Below, in pieces: positions 39,968 through 50,194 of a stretch of 64,000 nt of DNA. The notes under the pieces were generated by a model that saw nothing but the letters and a program-made list of their open reading frames with translations, was not told where the DNA came from and made no database searches. The translations under genes and the position numbers were made by a program. Source of the DNA: Candidatus Latescibacterota bacterium (GTDB lineage: Bacteria; Latescibacterota; UBA2968); assembly GCA_965207885.1 (NCBI GenBank), contig OZ242311.1, forward strand, positions 224,001 to 288,000, read 5' to 3'. Every line of letters starts with the position of its first letter. Positions within the stretch are counted from its first letter, which is position 1.

Positions 39968-41806
39968 GACAGGACGGCAAAAAGTCTTGAAAACAAGGGA
40001 GAAAGCCACCTGCAATCCCTTGTCGTGAGAGCTTCAAATCGTCTGTTCATACTCTCTGGTATAGGTTTGTACGGCCCAAGAACCCGTTGATGACATCGCA
40101 AGGCCTCAAAAGCCTACCAAAAAGTTTTTGAGGGTAAAATGACCCCCTATAGGCAGCGACACGATGGATATTGAGACCCAATGCGCGTAGCAATACCCGA
40201 TATTGAACTGCACCTTGCCCACGCACCCGTAGGTGAGCCAGTCCCATTTGATGCTTTAGACGCGATATGGTCCCTTCGATGCCTGCTCGCCAACGATATC
40301 GGTCACGGAAGGCGTCAGACTGTTCAGACAGACGCCGGGCACGCTGCTTGACGCGTTCGTGGGTATATTGGAGACGATCTTTTCCCTTGATCGGACAGCG
40401 CGCTTGCAAGGGACATTGGTCACACACATCTATAGCAAATCGAACCTGGAGGCGTTTCTTGCTCACAGACATCTCAAGGGGCGCGTGACCCGCTGGACAT
40501 CGCTGGATATACCCAGAGGCATTTAGGTCAAAGTCCTCCAATGTCAATTTGCCCTGACCTTTGCCCTTCGGGGACATCGCCAGAGCCAACAGGGTGACAC
40601 CTTTGGCTTTGGCATGAGCTATACATTTTGTCGAACCGTAGTGCGTATCGGCCACCATATGCTCAGGTGCCACACCACGCGCTTTTGTATCCTCTATGGC
40701 CGGTAAGAGGGCTTTACTGTCATGGACGGTCATCTTGCCCACAGCCATATGCGTGATCAGGTCTGGCTTGGCAACTTTAGACACTGCTGATGTGACTTCC
40801 TCTGTCTGATCGTCTTTGTCGGCATCCTCCGAGAAGGTCTCCATGACCTGTACGAGATAGCCTACCCCCCGACGCTTGTTATAGCTGGCGTCGGGATCGG
40901 CCGGATTAAGGATATTGTCACACGAGATCGCATTGGGATCCCGCATCTTTATGCTGTCTTGACCGGATGCCATACAGATGCGTTCGCACTGTTCTTTAAG
41001 AACACGTTCCAACACACGGTAGCTGTGCAACTGCGCCGCCTCAGTTGCACAAAACTGCCTCAGCAGTGCATCTATATCAGCGGCGGCTTCTGGCAATCGA
41101 CACTTTGACTGGCTCGGCGTGGTTAAGGCGAAACACCCATCGCCTGTTCGGGCAACATACTTGCGCCATAGTTCAGGATCCAGTTCCTGATACAACAAAG
41201 GGTAGGTTCGACGCAACTCGCGCAAGAATTTACTCATGGACTCGACCAGAATGCCCAAGCGCGTCAAGTTGCGCATAAAGCTGCGAACACCCGTCGAGTC
41301 GATCCGCTGCTTGCGGGTATTAACCCCAACCGAAGCAATGAGCTTGTCGGTCAGGCTTTGGAAGAGCACCTCATCCATATGATGCTGAATCACCAAACGA
41401 CGATAGGTGCGAAGCGTTCGCTCACAAAAATAACAGTCGGCTTCACTGCGCACATCAAGGGCATACTGCCAGGCCAGATTAAATGCAATGGCTTCCACTG
41501 TCTGAGCATCGGTCAAATCATGCAGTTGTTGCAATACCAGTGCCCCGAGCACAACGTGGAGGTCTTTACTGGGGCGTCCAAAGTCTTTGCTAAAATGGGG
41601 TGCCAGTTCCCCAACAGGCAGTTCCGAAAGCAGATACTCTCGGAAGACACCAGCCCAGGAACGATCAAGGAGTTGTTTGCGTTTGGCCCCAAGCTGTATC
41701 CAAAAATCTGGTGGGGCAGCCGAATCGCGGTCTCGTAAGGTAAGCATAAACGAAAGATAGCTCACCATACACTTCGTGACAATCTCTGACTTTTTGCCGT
41801 CCTGTC
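39968..41806 (-). mobile_element. Insertion sequence (~1.84 kb) with large DDE transposase, IS1182/ISNCY-like
   Basis: TIRs GACAGGACGGCAAAAAGTC / GACTTTTTGCCGTCCTGTC; target duplication AACGGTT (39961-39967, 41807-41813). Confidence 0.9.
40047..41768 (-). CDS. DDE transposase
   Basis: FGRPS, RIDST, DPDASY, VADTHYG, CPAGH..CDQCPLQARC, YRWRAGIEGTISRLK. Confidence 0.9.
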   Translation of the reverse strand: MVSYLSFMLTLRDRDSAAPPDFWIQLGAKRKQLLDRSWAGVFREYLLSELPVGELAPHFSKDFGRPSKDLHVVLGALVLQQLHDLTDAQTVEAIAFNLAWQYALDVRSEADCYFCERTLRTYRRLVIQHHMDEVLFQSLTDKLIASVGVNTRKQRIDSTGVRSFMRNLTRLGILVESMSKFLRELRRTYPLLYQELDPELWRKYVARTGDGCFALTTPSQSKCRLPEAAADIDALLRQFCATEAAQLHSYRVLERVLKEQCERICMASGQDSIKMRDPNAISCDNILNPADPDASYNKRRGVGYLVQVMETFSEDADKDDQTEEVTSAVSKVAKPDLITHMAVGKMTVHDSKALLPAIEDTKARGVAPEHMVADTHYGSTKCIAHAKAKGVTLLALAMSPKGKGQGKLTLEDFDLNASGYIQRCPAGHAPLEMSVSKKRLQVRFAIDVCDQCPLQARCPIKGKDRLQYTHERVKQRARRLSEQSDAFRDRYRWRAGIEGTISRLKHQMGLAHLRVRGQGAVQYRVLLRALGLNIHRVAAYRGSFYPQKLFGRLLRPCDVINGFLGRTNLYQRV

Positions 41807-41875
41807 AACGGTTGAAAATACTTCTCAAAATCAGGTTTGTGCAAAGTTTCAGGTACCGCTCACTGGACAACAAAT

Positions 41876-42589
41876 ATGAATGCATTGATTGTCGATGATT
41901 CCCGACTTGCCCGTCAGGAATTAAAACACTTACTCAAAGCTTTTGAGGCCATCACTGTCGCAGGTGAAGCCGCAAATGCAGATACTGCCCGTCAGCAACT
42001 CAAAAGATTATCTGTCGATGTGATCTTCCTCGATATTCAGATGCCTGGGCAAGACGGTTTTGAATTGCTCGAAACCCTTGACCAGGTACCACAGGTGATC
42101 TTTACAACCGCCTACGACGAATATGCCATTCGGGCATTTGAAGTAAACGCGCTCGACTACTTGCTAAAACCCATTCAACCTGAACGCCTTGCAAGCGCGA
42201 TTGAAAAACTACAAGCCCAAACCCTTTCTCCCGATGAAGCTGTTACACCGGTATTGACAGATTCGAGTCGGGTCTTTGTAAAAGATGGTGATCAGTGCTG
42301 GTTTATCACACTCTCAGACATTCAATTATTCGAAGTCTCTGGCAATTACACGCGGGTCTATTTTCAAAAATTCAAACCCCTTATTCCGCGCACCCTCAAC
42401 CACCTTGAAGAGCGTCTGGACAAACGCATATTTTTTCGTGTCAATCGCCAACAAATTATCAATTTACAGTATATCGAAAAAATTGAGCCCTATTTTCAAG
42501 GCAGCCTGAAAGTATTTTTGAAAGGGGGCTATGAAATAGAAATTTCCCGACGTCAGACACAAAAATTCCGAGAACGCCTGAGTCTTTAA
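41876..42589 (+). CDS. LytTR-family response regulator
   Basis: LIVDD, FLDIQMPG, TTAYDEYA, DYLLKP, FFRVNRQQIIN, ISRR. Confidence 0.95.
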   Translation: MNALIVDDSRLARQELKHLLKAFEAITVAGEAANADTARQQLKRLSVDVIFLDIQMPGQDGFELLETLDQVPQVIFTTAYDEYAIRAFEVNALDYLLKPIQPERLASAIEKLQAQTLSPDEAVTPVLTDSSRVFVKDGDQCWFITLSDIQLFEVSGNYTRVYFQKFKPLIPRTLNHLEERLDKRIFFRVNRQQIINLQYIEKIEPYFQGSLKVFLKGGYEIEISRRQTQKFRERLSL

Positions 42590-42621
42590 TCTGTGCGACC
42601 CAGCGCACGACCAATGGGGCA

Positions 42622-43347
42622 GTGATGAAATTTCAAGCAATAATTTTCGACTTGTTTGGAACGCTGGTTGATAATTTTAGCAAAAAAGAGCACGACAAAG
42701 TACATGCATTGATGGCCGAAACTTTGTCGGCGCCGTATGAAGCGTTTAGACAAGCATTCGGCTCTTCTTATTCTGACCGATGTATTGGGAAATTCAGGTC
42801 AATAGAAGAGACTATCGCTGTATGTTGCGCTCAAATTGGTCTATCCCCAGACGATTGCAAAATTAACACTGCCGCGCAATATCGATACGACTTCACAATG
42901 AGAACACTCAAACCAAAAGATGAAGTCCTGCTTACGCTTCAAAACCTGAAAAATGATGGTTATAAAATTGGACTGATAACAAACTGTGGTCCAGATGTCC
43001 CTCTACTCTGGCACACTACTCCTTTATTAGAGCATATCGATTTACCGCTTTTTTCTTGCACAGAAAAAATACAAAAGCCCGCTATTGAAATCTATAAACG
43101 GGCACATGAACAGTTGGGACTTCCGTCAAATGTCTGTATTTATGTGGGCGATGGTAGCAGCCGGGAAATGACAGGTGCGAAAGAAATAGGTTTCTTACCC
43201 GTGCTAAAGCGAGTCGATTTAGAAGATGTATATGATGACGCAAGACCAGACATAATTGGATGGCGAGGGTTATCAATTGCTGAAATTGAGGAACTGCCAG
43301 AATTACTCGCACGCATCAATAGCCCGGATCAGAAGCAAAGGAACTAA
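42622..43347 (+). CDS. HAD-family hydrolase
   Basis: IFDLFGTLVD, ITN, KP, YVGD. Confidence 0.9.
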   Translation: MMKFQAIIFDLFGTLVDNFSKKEHDKVHALMAETLSAPYEAFRQAFGSSYSDRCIGKFRSIEETIAVCCAQIGLSPDDCKINTAAQYRYDFTMRTLKPKDEVLLTLQNLKNDGYKIGLITNCGPDVPLLWHTTPLLEHIDLPLFSCTEKIQKPAIEIYKRAHEQLGLPSNVCIYVGDGSSREMTGAKEIGFLPVLKRVDLEDVYDDARPDIIGWRGLSIAEIEELPELLARINSPDQKQRN

Positions 43348-44519
43348 ACAGCAACGACCCGATCCGTACTCTTCATCGCCCACTGTTGCTTCTTCTCTCT
43401 CATCTCCGCATTTAACGTCACCTCGCGATGCGGCGTCTGATTCGCGCTATCCTGAACCCACTCACCCTCGCGCGATTTCTCCACGGGCTGTCGCTGTGCC
43501 ACATCTATAATCCCAAATGGGCGATGCGGCTCCTTTTGATACCAATAAGCCACAGACGCCATCTCATTCGCCAGATGATTCCCGTGCCCGTGCTCAATCG
43601 TCACCTTAATCTCCTTTTCAAACCGCACCGGATTGGTCAAATGAAACACATAAGACGTCTGATACCCTCCCGTATTCCGCTCGTAAATCGACGACCCATT
43701 CATCAAAAACGCATTATCCTGCATCCCCCACGCTTGATTGAGATAATCTTCGCTACCTGTACCGTGCAACTCCGGCGGCCACTTGTACCCATCCACCCAG
43801 ATCATATCATCGCCCTCGCCCCACCACGTCCCCTGAAAATTCGTCACCGACAAATTGCACCCGATATAATGTCCGACCCCTGTCGCCTCCAGAATCGCGT
43901 AATTGCCATCCCACGCCTGCCGCTCAACATTGACAATATTCGCCTCTGGCGTATTGACCCGAATCTCGTGTCCCCAACCATCGCACGGATTTTCCCTGTG
44001 AAATTGCGCGTGAAAATACGCCGTATCTTCTCCCCAGGGATCGTCGTACAACTCGTAATCCACATAAAAATATTGCCGATAGGACTCATCGCCCTCATTC
44101 GTCACCTCAACGCGCGCAGAAAGATTAAACGGCATAAGCAAATAGCAATTCAGCGCGGCATTGGGCACAAACTGATTCTCGCGCTGGGCATTCGCAGACG
44201 CGGAAAAGGGCAGCGACTGAAAAGACGCGGAAATACCGTGCCCCAAACAAAAGAAATCTCCCAACGGCACCTCGACACTCGGATCGTCTTCACCATCCCA
44301 AAACATCTTCAAAACCACATTGCGAAAAGCACCCTCCCCGCTTTGCGTCATCCAGATATGCGTAATACAACCCGGTCCCTTGAGATCGGCCAACACGCGC
44401 GTCTCACCGCCCTCAATAACCCATGCATCGCCATTGCGTCCACTGTTATCCCATGACGATGCCCGCAGTGTCCTGGCCTTTTTGGTCTGTGTAAGTGAAG
44501 CGAGCAAATGAGCGTCCAT
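43344..44519 (-). CDS. DUF2961 / glycoside hydrolase family 172-like protein
   Basis: GPGCITHIWMT, VPLGDFF, WWGEGDDM, GTGSEDY, TIEHGH, SVAYWYQ. Confidence 0.88.
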   Translation of the reverse strand: MDAHLLASLTQTKKARTLRASSWDNSGRNGDAWVIEGGETRVLADLKGPGCITHIWMTQSGEGAFRNVVLKMFWDGEDDPSVEVPLGDFFCLGHGISASFQSLPFSASANAQRENQFVPNAALNCYLLMPFNLSARVEVTNEGDESYRQYFYVDYELYDDPWGEDTAYFHAQFHRENPCDGWGHEIRVNTPEANIVNVERQAWDGNYAILEATGVGHYIGCNLSVTNFQGTWWGEGDDMIWVDGYKWPPELHGTGSEDYLNQAWGMQDNAFLMNGSSIYERNTGGYQTSYVFHLTNPVRFEKEIKVTIEHGHGNHLANEMASVAYWYQKEPHRPFGIIDVAQRQPVEKSREGEWVQDSANQTPHREVTLNAEMREKKQQWAMKSTDRVVAV

Positions 44520-44766
44520 TTTTCCTCCTCGTTAGCAATTAGCAGTTAGCAGTCAACGCCCAGAATATTCGGCATTTTACCCACCGCGTCAAAGGGTTTT
44601 TTTTCAGAAAAAACAATACGCGAAAAAAATCTATTGTTTCCCTGTCGTGCATGCGAAATTCGTTTCCTCCAGTCTCCGCTTTTTTGCTCTAAATCTCGCA
44701 TATACAGACAATTGGACGCACGTACAACACAATACTGCTAAAACTACAATTTACGCACATTTGGTA

Positions 44767-44799
44767 TTGACTTTTTTCATAGACCACCATATATTGTGC
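44767..44799 (+). promoter_or_regulatory. nrdA promoter with an NrdR box overlapping the -10 element
   Basis: TTGACT-17-TATATT; CCACCATATATTGTGC (44784-44799) matches the NrdR consensus. Confidence 0.75.
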
Positions 44800-45115
44800 T
44801 TGCAGTTGTTAGTGAAAATTTATCTACTCTCCCCCTTTAACCATTTTTTGTAAACTCAAACAAATCATTACAACTGCGTAAGTTATTATTATTTTCGGGA
44901 AAACAAATCCATTATTCGCGGTCTCTCCCCTCCTCTGCGATTGGGATTTCCAACCTCATGTTTTCCCGATTTGTTGTCTTAAAACACATCCCCAGACTCA
45001 TCTTTTCAACCCTCCCCGTTGTGATCTTTGTGCAGCGGTTACGGGTTTATTTTTTCTGCCGAAACGTGCGGGAGCTGGCTCTTATTGGTTCTCGATTGGC
45101 ATTTGGGAGGCATGC

Positions 45116-48007
45116 ATGGCCGAAATAGTTGACACTTTACTGGAAGCGGTTGATTTTGCGGTTCGCAAACGCGATGGTCGGGTCGTGGATTTTGACCGCG
45201 CGCGCATTGAACGCGCGATTGAGGCGGCATTTAGAGCCGAGTTGGGCTTGTCCAACGATCATTCATTGCCGCCCAAAATTGGAACCGACGTGTCGGAACT
45301 CACCGACGCTGTTATTTCTGAAATTGAAGGGGAACTGCATGAGCCGGATGACAGCGTAGATGTCGAACGCATTCAGGACAAAGTCGAAATCCAATTAATG
45401 CGTGCAGGCCACTTTGCGGTCGCGCGACGCTACATCGTCTATCGAGAAGACCACAAAAAAGCCCGCGTACTCAGCGGCAAAGAAGAACCCCAGGACCCCA
45501 ACGCGCCCAAACTGCGCGTACAAACAGCCGACGGCAAGCGCGAACCCCTCGACGCCAACCGCATTCGCACCGAAGTATTTGCCGTTTGCGATGACGAGGT
45601 AGATCCCCAGGCCCTGCTCGACGAGATATATCGCTCCCTCTACGACGACATCAAACCCGACGATATCGAACGCGCCATGATATTGGCAGCGCGCAGCCGC
45701 GTGGAAAAAGAACCCGCCTATAGCAAAGTCGCAATGCGGTTGCTCCTCAACGTGATCTATCGCCACGCCCTGGGATTCAAACCCGCGATAGAAGACAGGG
45801 ACACAGCCTGTCGGCAGGGATTTGCAAAATTTATTGAAACGGGCATTGAAAACGATCGTTTAGATCCCAAATTGCGCGTATTTGACCTGGAGCGTCTATC
45901 CGCGGCATTAAAACCCGAGCGCGATGAAGACTTTGAATACCTGGGCGTACAAACCATTTTTGACCGCTATTTGCTCCACGTCAACGAGCGCCGCATTGAA
46001 ACCCCGCAGTTCTTCTGGATGCGCGTGGCCATGGGCCTGTCCTGGGACGAAGAAGACAAAGAGGCGCGCGCCATTCAATTTTACGAAGTACTCTCTTCCT
46101 TCCGATTTGTCTCTGCCACACCCACCCTGTTCAACGCCGGCACCCTGCATCCGCAGTTGTCCTCGTGTTATCTATCAACTGCGCAAGATGACCTGGAACA
46201 CATATTCAAAATGGTATCCGACAATGCCAAATTATCCAAATGGGCGGGCGGTCTGGGCAATGACTGGACAAATGTGCGCGCCACAAATTCCTATATCCGC
46301 GGCACAAACGGCAAAAGCCAGGGCGTCATTCCATTTTTGAAAGTCGTGAACGACACAGCAGTTGCCGTCAACCAGGGCGGAAAACGCAAAGGGGCGGTAT
46401 GCTCCTATCTGGAAACCTGGCATCTGGACATCGAAGATTTTATGGAGTTGCGCAAAAACACGGGCGATGACCGCCGCCGCACACACGATATGAACACGGC
46501 CAACTGGATCCCCGACCTGTTTATGAAGCGCGTCATGGAAAAGGGATCCTGGACCCTGTTCAGCCCGGATGAAGTCCCCGACCTGCACGATCTGTACGGC
46601 AAAGCCTTTGAAGAGAAATACCTCGCCTATGAACAAAAGGCCGAAGCCGGTGAACTGCAACAATCTCGCCAGATCGACGCCGTGCAATTGTGGCGAAAAA
46701 TGTTGTCCATGCTCTTTGAAACCGGGCATCCGTGGATCACATTTAAAGACCCGTCCAACATCCGCTCTCCGCAGGATCACGCGGGCGTTGTCCACAGCTC
46801 GAACCTGTGTACTGAAATTTTGTTGAACACGAGCCGCGAAGAAACCGCGGTATGCAACCTCGGCTCCGTAAACCTCGTGGCGCACATCACACCCACGGGC
46901 CTCAACCGAGAATTGCTGGAAGACACGGTATCGACCGCGCTTCGAATGCTGGACAACGTGATAGACATCAATTTCTATCCCACAGAAGAAGCCGCCACAT
47001 CCAACAAACGCCACCGCCCCGTGGGCCTGGGCGTGATGGGATTTCAGGACGCGCTCTACCTGTTGAATTTGCCCTACGCTTCGCAAGGCGCAGTTGACTT
47101 TGCCGACATAAGCATGGAAATGATCTCGTATTACGCGATCCTCGCCTCAACGCACCTGGCCGAAGAACGCGGCACATACCATTCCTACATCGGTTCAAAA
47201 TGGGACCGCGGTATATTGCCCATCGATACCCTGACCGTGTTGGGACAGGAACGCGGGGCGTACCTCGAAGTCGATACATCCGCGCGACTGGAATGGAATG
47301 TGGTGCGCGAAGCAGTCGCCAAACACGGCATGCGAAACAGCAACGTGATGGCCATTGCCCCGACCGCCACCATATCGAACATCTCGGGCGTGACGCAATC
47401 CATCGAGCCGATGTATCGCAACCTGTATGTAAAAGCAAATCTATCCGGTGACTTTACCGTATTAAATCCCTACATGGTCGATGCCTTAAAAGCGCGCGAC
47501 CTGTGGGACGACCAGATGGTAGATGATCTGAAATACTACGACGGCTCAGTCCAGGAAATCGACCGCATCCCACAAGACATAAAAGACCTCTACAAAACCG
47601 CGTTTGAAGTGGCACCCGAATGGCTCATTGAATGCGCCAGCCGCCGGCAAAAGTGGATCGACATGGGCCAATCGCTAAATCTGTACATCGCAGCCCCCAG
47701 CGGCAAAGCACTGGACGACATGTACAAACTCGCCTGGGTGCGCGGGCTGAAAACCACGTACTACTTGCGCTCACTCGCTGCGACCCAGATCGAAAAATCC
47801 ACCATGGACATCAACAAACGCGGTGTCCAACCCCGGTGGATGCAGTCCAAATCCGCTTCGAGCGATGTGCAAGTACAACGCGAAGATGCTCCTGTTGAAA
47901 CAGACGCGTCTCTCAACGGGCAGGTACACCAACAGGCCCCTGCTACACCAGCACCAACGGCTGAGGCCTGCGATATTACAGACGGCTCCTGTGAGGCGTG
48001 TCAATAG
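45116..48007 (+). CDS. nrdA: Class I ribonucleotide reductase alpha subunit with N-terminal ATP-cone(s)
   Basis: [12 protein letters not shown] cone, [36 protein letters not shown]-terminal CEACQ. Confidence 0.97.
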   Translation: MAEIVDTLLEAVDFAVRKRDGRVVDFDRARIERAIEAAFRAELGLSNDHSLPPKIGTDVSELTDAVISEIEGELHEPDDSVDVERIQDKVEIQLMRAGHFAVARRYIVYREDHKKARVLSGKEEPQDPNAPKLRVQTADGKREPLDANRIRTEVFAVCDDEVDPQALLDEIYRSLYDDIKPDDIERAMILAARSRVEKEPAYSKVAMRLLLNVIYRHALGFKPAIEDRDTACRQGFAKFIETGIENDRLDPKLRVFDLERLSAALKPERDEDFEYLGVQTIFDRYLLHVNERRIETPQFFWMRVAMGLSWDEEDKEARAIQFYEVLSSFRFVSATPTLFNAGTLHPQLSSCYLSTAQDDLEHIFKMVSDNAKLSKWAGGLGNDWTNVRATNSYIRGTNGKSQGVIPFLKVVNDTAVAVNQGGKRKGAVCSYLETWHLDIEDFMELRKNTGDDRRRTHDMNTANWIPDLFMKRVMEKGSWTLFSPDEVPDLHDLYGKAFEEKYLAYEQKAEAGELQQSRQIDAVQLWRKMLSMLFETGHPWITFKDPSNIRSPQDHAGVVHSSNLCTEILLNTSREETAVCNLGSVNLVAHITPTGLNRELLEDTVSTALRMLDNVIDINFYPTEEAATSNKRHRPVGLGVMGFQDALYLLNLPYASQGAVDFADISMEMISYYAILASTHLAEERGTYHSYIGSKWDRGILPIDTLTVLGQERGAYLEVDTSARLEWNVVREAVAKHGMRNSNVMAIAPTATISNISGVTQSIEPMYRNLYVKANLSGDFTVLNPYMVDALKARDLWDDQMVDDLKYYDGSVQEIDRIPQDIKDLYKTAFEVAPEWLIECASRRQKWIDMGQSLNLYIAAPSGKALDDMYKLAWVRGLKTTYYLRSLAATQIEKSTMDINKRGVQPRWMQSKSASSDVQVQREDAPVETDASLNGQVHQQAPATPAPTAEACDITDGSCEACQ

Positions 48008-48073
48008 ATCGATTCGTTCTGTCTTTTTGCGAGGGTATCTTCATGTAAAATAAAGAGCCTGTTTATAAATAAA

Positions 48074-48109
48074 TGAAGGTCGTGTCTTTTGGGGAAACAC
48101 GACCTTCAA
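48074..48109. terminator. Hairpin/terminator downstream of nrdA
   Basis: TGAAGGTCGTGT...ACACGACCTTCA. Confidence 0.7.
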
Positions 48110-48264
48110 AAACCTAATATATGTACTGACTGCATCAGTTGGCTGAATTTATGAAAATTCTAATTTCCTGACAAGTGTAAAATCAAGCGGTTTGGTGTAA
48201 AAACAACAAGGTAGATAATTTTTTTCTCCTCTAAACACTAACAGTCGGAAGGAGGTGAATATAA

Positions 48265-48402
48265 ATGAGAATCAAGACAACAACAAGAAGGCCGATAATT
48301 CGGCGGGGACCAAGAGTTCCGGTGACCTTTAAGATCAAAACCACCGTGAAGTGTGGTAGTAGAACCACCACAAGAACCAGAAGGATTACGCGGCATATAT
48401 AG
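48265..48402 (+). CDS. Unannotated 45-aa Arg/Thr-rich basic micro-protein
   Basis: AAGGAGGTGA Shine-Dalgarno 6 nt before the ATG; MRIKTTTRRPIIRRGPRVPVTFKIKTTVKCGSRTTTRTRRITRHI. Confidence 0.65.
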   Translation: MRIKTTTRRPIIRRGPRVPVTFKIKTTVKCGSRTTTRTRRITRHI

Positions 48403-48668
48403 CTCGATCCGGAAACAAAAAATAAAGCCCGCCGGAGCGGTCAACTCACGACGGGCGAAGTCACTATCCACCTTGCAGCAAGAGGATGGCTATAAGTTAA
48501 TACTAACCATCCTCTTGTCAAATCATTTTAGGGAGGGCTTAGTCATGTAGCAATTTACGTTTCAAATTCCGCCACCAAACAGTGACCTTGACATATGTAC
48601 CTGTTCCGGGGTAGGCGAGTATAATTTCCTCAATAGGTCCACCGACACCTCTTTCCAAGGAGGACACA

Positions 48669-48881
48669 ATGGTGTCACGTTTTGAAATCTACCAAGACAA
48701 TATAGGAGAATGGCGTTGGCGATTTAGAGCAGCAAACCACAAGATTATCGCCGTTTCCAGTGAAGGATATAGTAGCAAACAAGCGTGTCTTGACTCAATT
48801 GACTTGATCAAGACGACCGCTGGTAGTGCTCCCGTGTATGAATACGATAGTATTACATCAACATGGCGACGACGCCAGTAG
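48669..48881 (+). CDS. YegP / DUF1508 family protein
   Basis: AGGAGG RBS; FEIYQD..GEWRWRFRAANHKIIAVSSEGYSSKQAC. Confidence 0.9.
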   Translation: MVSRFEIYQDNIGEWRWRFRAANHKIIAVSSEGYSSKQACLDSIDLIKTTAGSAPVYEYDSITSTWRRRQ

Positions 48882-49042
48882 TGAGTGCCCATCGCGTGCT
48901 TGGGCAGATCGCGCTGGTGGGCACTGACATTTTTTATGCGAAACACACACCTATTCAAGTATCTCTGCAGGTGTTTTTTGATCAGGGATGATGTGGGTGA
49001 GATACTGGTCCAAGATACAGATATATTTTTCGGAGGATTCAA

Positions 49043-50194
49043 ATGTCTTCAAAAATCTCTTTTTTTCCCGTTGGCAATGGTGACATGACTCTGATTGAGA
49101 CAGAGTCCGGGCGAAAGATCCTGATTGATATGAATATTCGGGCAGCAGCAGATGATCCTGACGACGAAACCCCTGATGTTGCCAAGATGCTTAGAGAACG
49201 TCTCGGACGCGATTCTGAGGGTAGACTATATGTGGATGCCTTGCTGATCAGTCATCCCGACCAAGATCACTGCAATGGCCTTTCCAAACACTTTTATCTC
49301 GGTCCTCCTGACAAATGGTCCAAAACATCTGACAAGGTGTTTATTCGAGAGATATGGTCCTCGCCTATGGTGTTTCGACGTGCATCTCGGAACCATGTTC
49401 TTTGTGACGACGCTAAAGCTTTCAATACCGAAGCACGCCGACGTGTTCAGGAATTCCGTGATAACGGTAGTGAGGTTGACGACGGCGACCGCATCCGCAT
49501 CCTCGGTGAAGACGAGAACGGTAAGACTGACGATCTCGATGAAATCCTTGTTCGGGTGGATGAAACCTTCTCATCCATCAATGGCCAAGACGATTGGTCA
49601 ATGACAGCAAGGCTGCTCGGGCCACTCCCGAAGTCAGATGATGACGACGAAGATATTTTGTCGAAGAACAATTCCAGTACCATTCTTAAGTTCTCTTTAG
49701 CAGGTGGGGGAAGTTCCGATAAATGTCGATTTCTGACTGGCGGGGACGCTGAAGTTGCGATATGGGAAAAGCTCTGGCAACGTCACGATTGGCGGTCAGA
49801 ATGGTTATCCTACGACATCTTGCTGGTACCTCATCATTGCTCATGGCATAGCTTGTCTTACGACAGTTGGAGTGATTTAGGCGAAGATGCCGAGGTTTGC
49901 GAGGACGCACGCAATGCTCTTTCACAGGCCCGCACTGGCGCGATGTTTGTGGCGAGTAGCGACCCGATCAAGGATGATGACAACGATCCTCCCTGTATTC
50001 GAGCGAAACGCGAGTATGTGAGTATAGAGAACGATACCGATGCTTTTAAATGCACCGGCGAGTACCCTTCAGAGAAGTCACCTGACGTGCTTGAGTTTGA
50101 AATAGGTAGTGATGGACCACGCCTACTGACAGCACTTATGGTAGGAGGTACTGCTCCGGGAATCATAGGCCAGCAGCCACTGTCTCACGGTTGA
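49043..50194 (+). CDS. Metallo-beta-lactamase-fold hydrolase with C-terminal Gly tail
   Basis: FFPVGNGDMTLI, SHPDQDHCNG, NNSS, GGDAE, PHHCS; ends GIIGQQPLSHG. Confidence 0.9.
   Translation: MSSKISFFPVGNGDMTLIETESGRKILIDMNIRAAADDPDDETPDVAKMLRERLGRDSEGRLYVDALLISHPDQDHCNGLSKHFYLGPPDKWSKTSDKVFIREIWSSPMVFRRASRNHVLCDDAKAFNTEARRRVQEFRDNGSEVDDGDRIRILGEDENGKTDDLDEILVRVDETFSSINGQDDWSMTARLLGPLPKSDDDDEDILSKNNSSTILKFSLAGGGSSDKCRFLTGGDAEVAIWEKLWQRHDWRSEWLSYDILLVPHHCSWHSLSYDSWSDLGEDAEVCEDARNALSQARTGAMFVASSDPIKDDDNDPPCIRAKREYVSIENDTDAFKCTGEYPSEKSPDVLEFEIGSDGPRLLTALMVGGTAPGIIGQQPLSHG

Larger units (their letters stand above)
38969..41879 (+). pseudogene. LytS-family sensor histidine kinase interrupted near its C-terminus by an IS (39968-41806)
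   Basis: LKAQINPHFLFNSLNNI, LVENAIRHG, GIGLQN. The native tail ENTSQNQVCAKFQVPLTGQQI* resumes after the IS and overlaps the regulator start (ATGA). Confidence 0.9.

Noticed and set aside
44800-45115. Cobalamin riboswitch upstream of nrdA
   Set aside because: No B12-box or GCCACTG/GGGAAG core is visible.
48588-48625. TTGACA...TATAAT promoter for yegP
   Set aside because: The spacing is 26 bp, so this pairing is not a canonical sigma-70 promoter.
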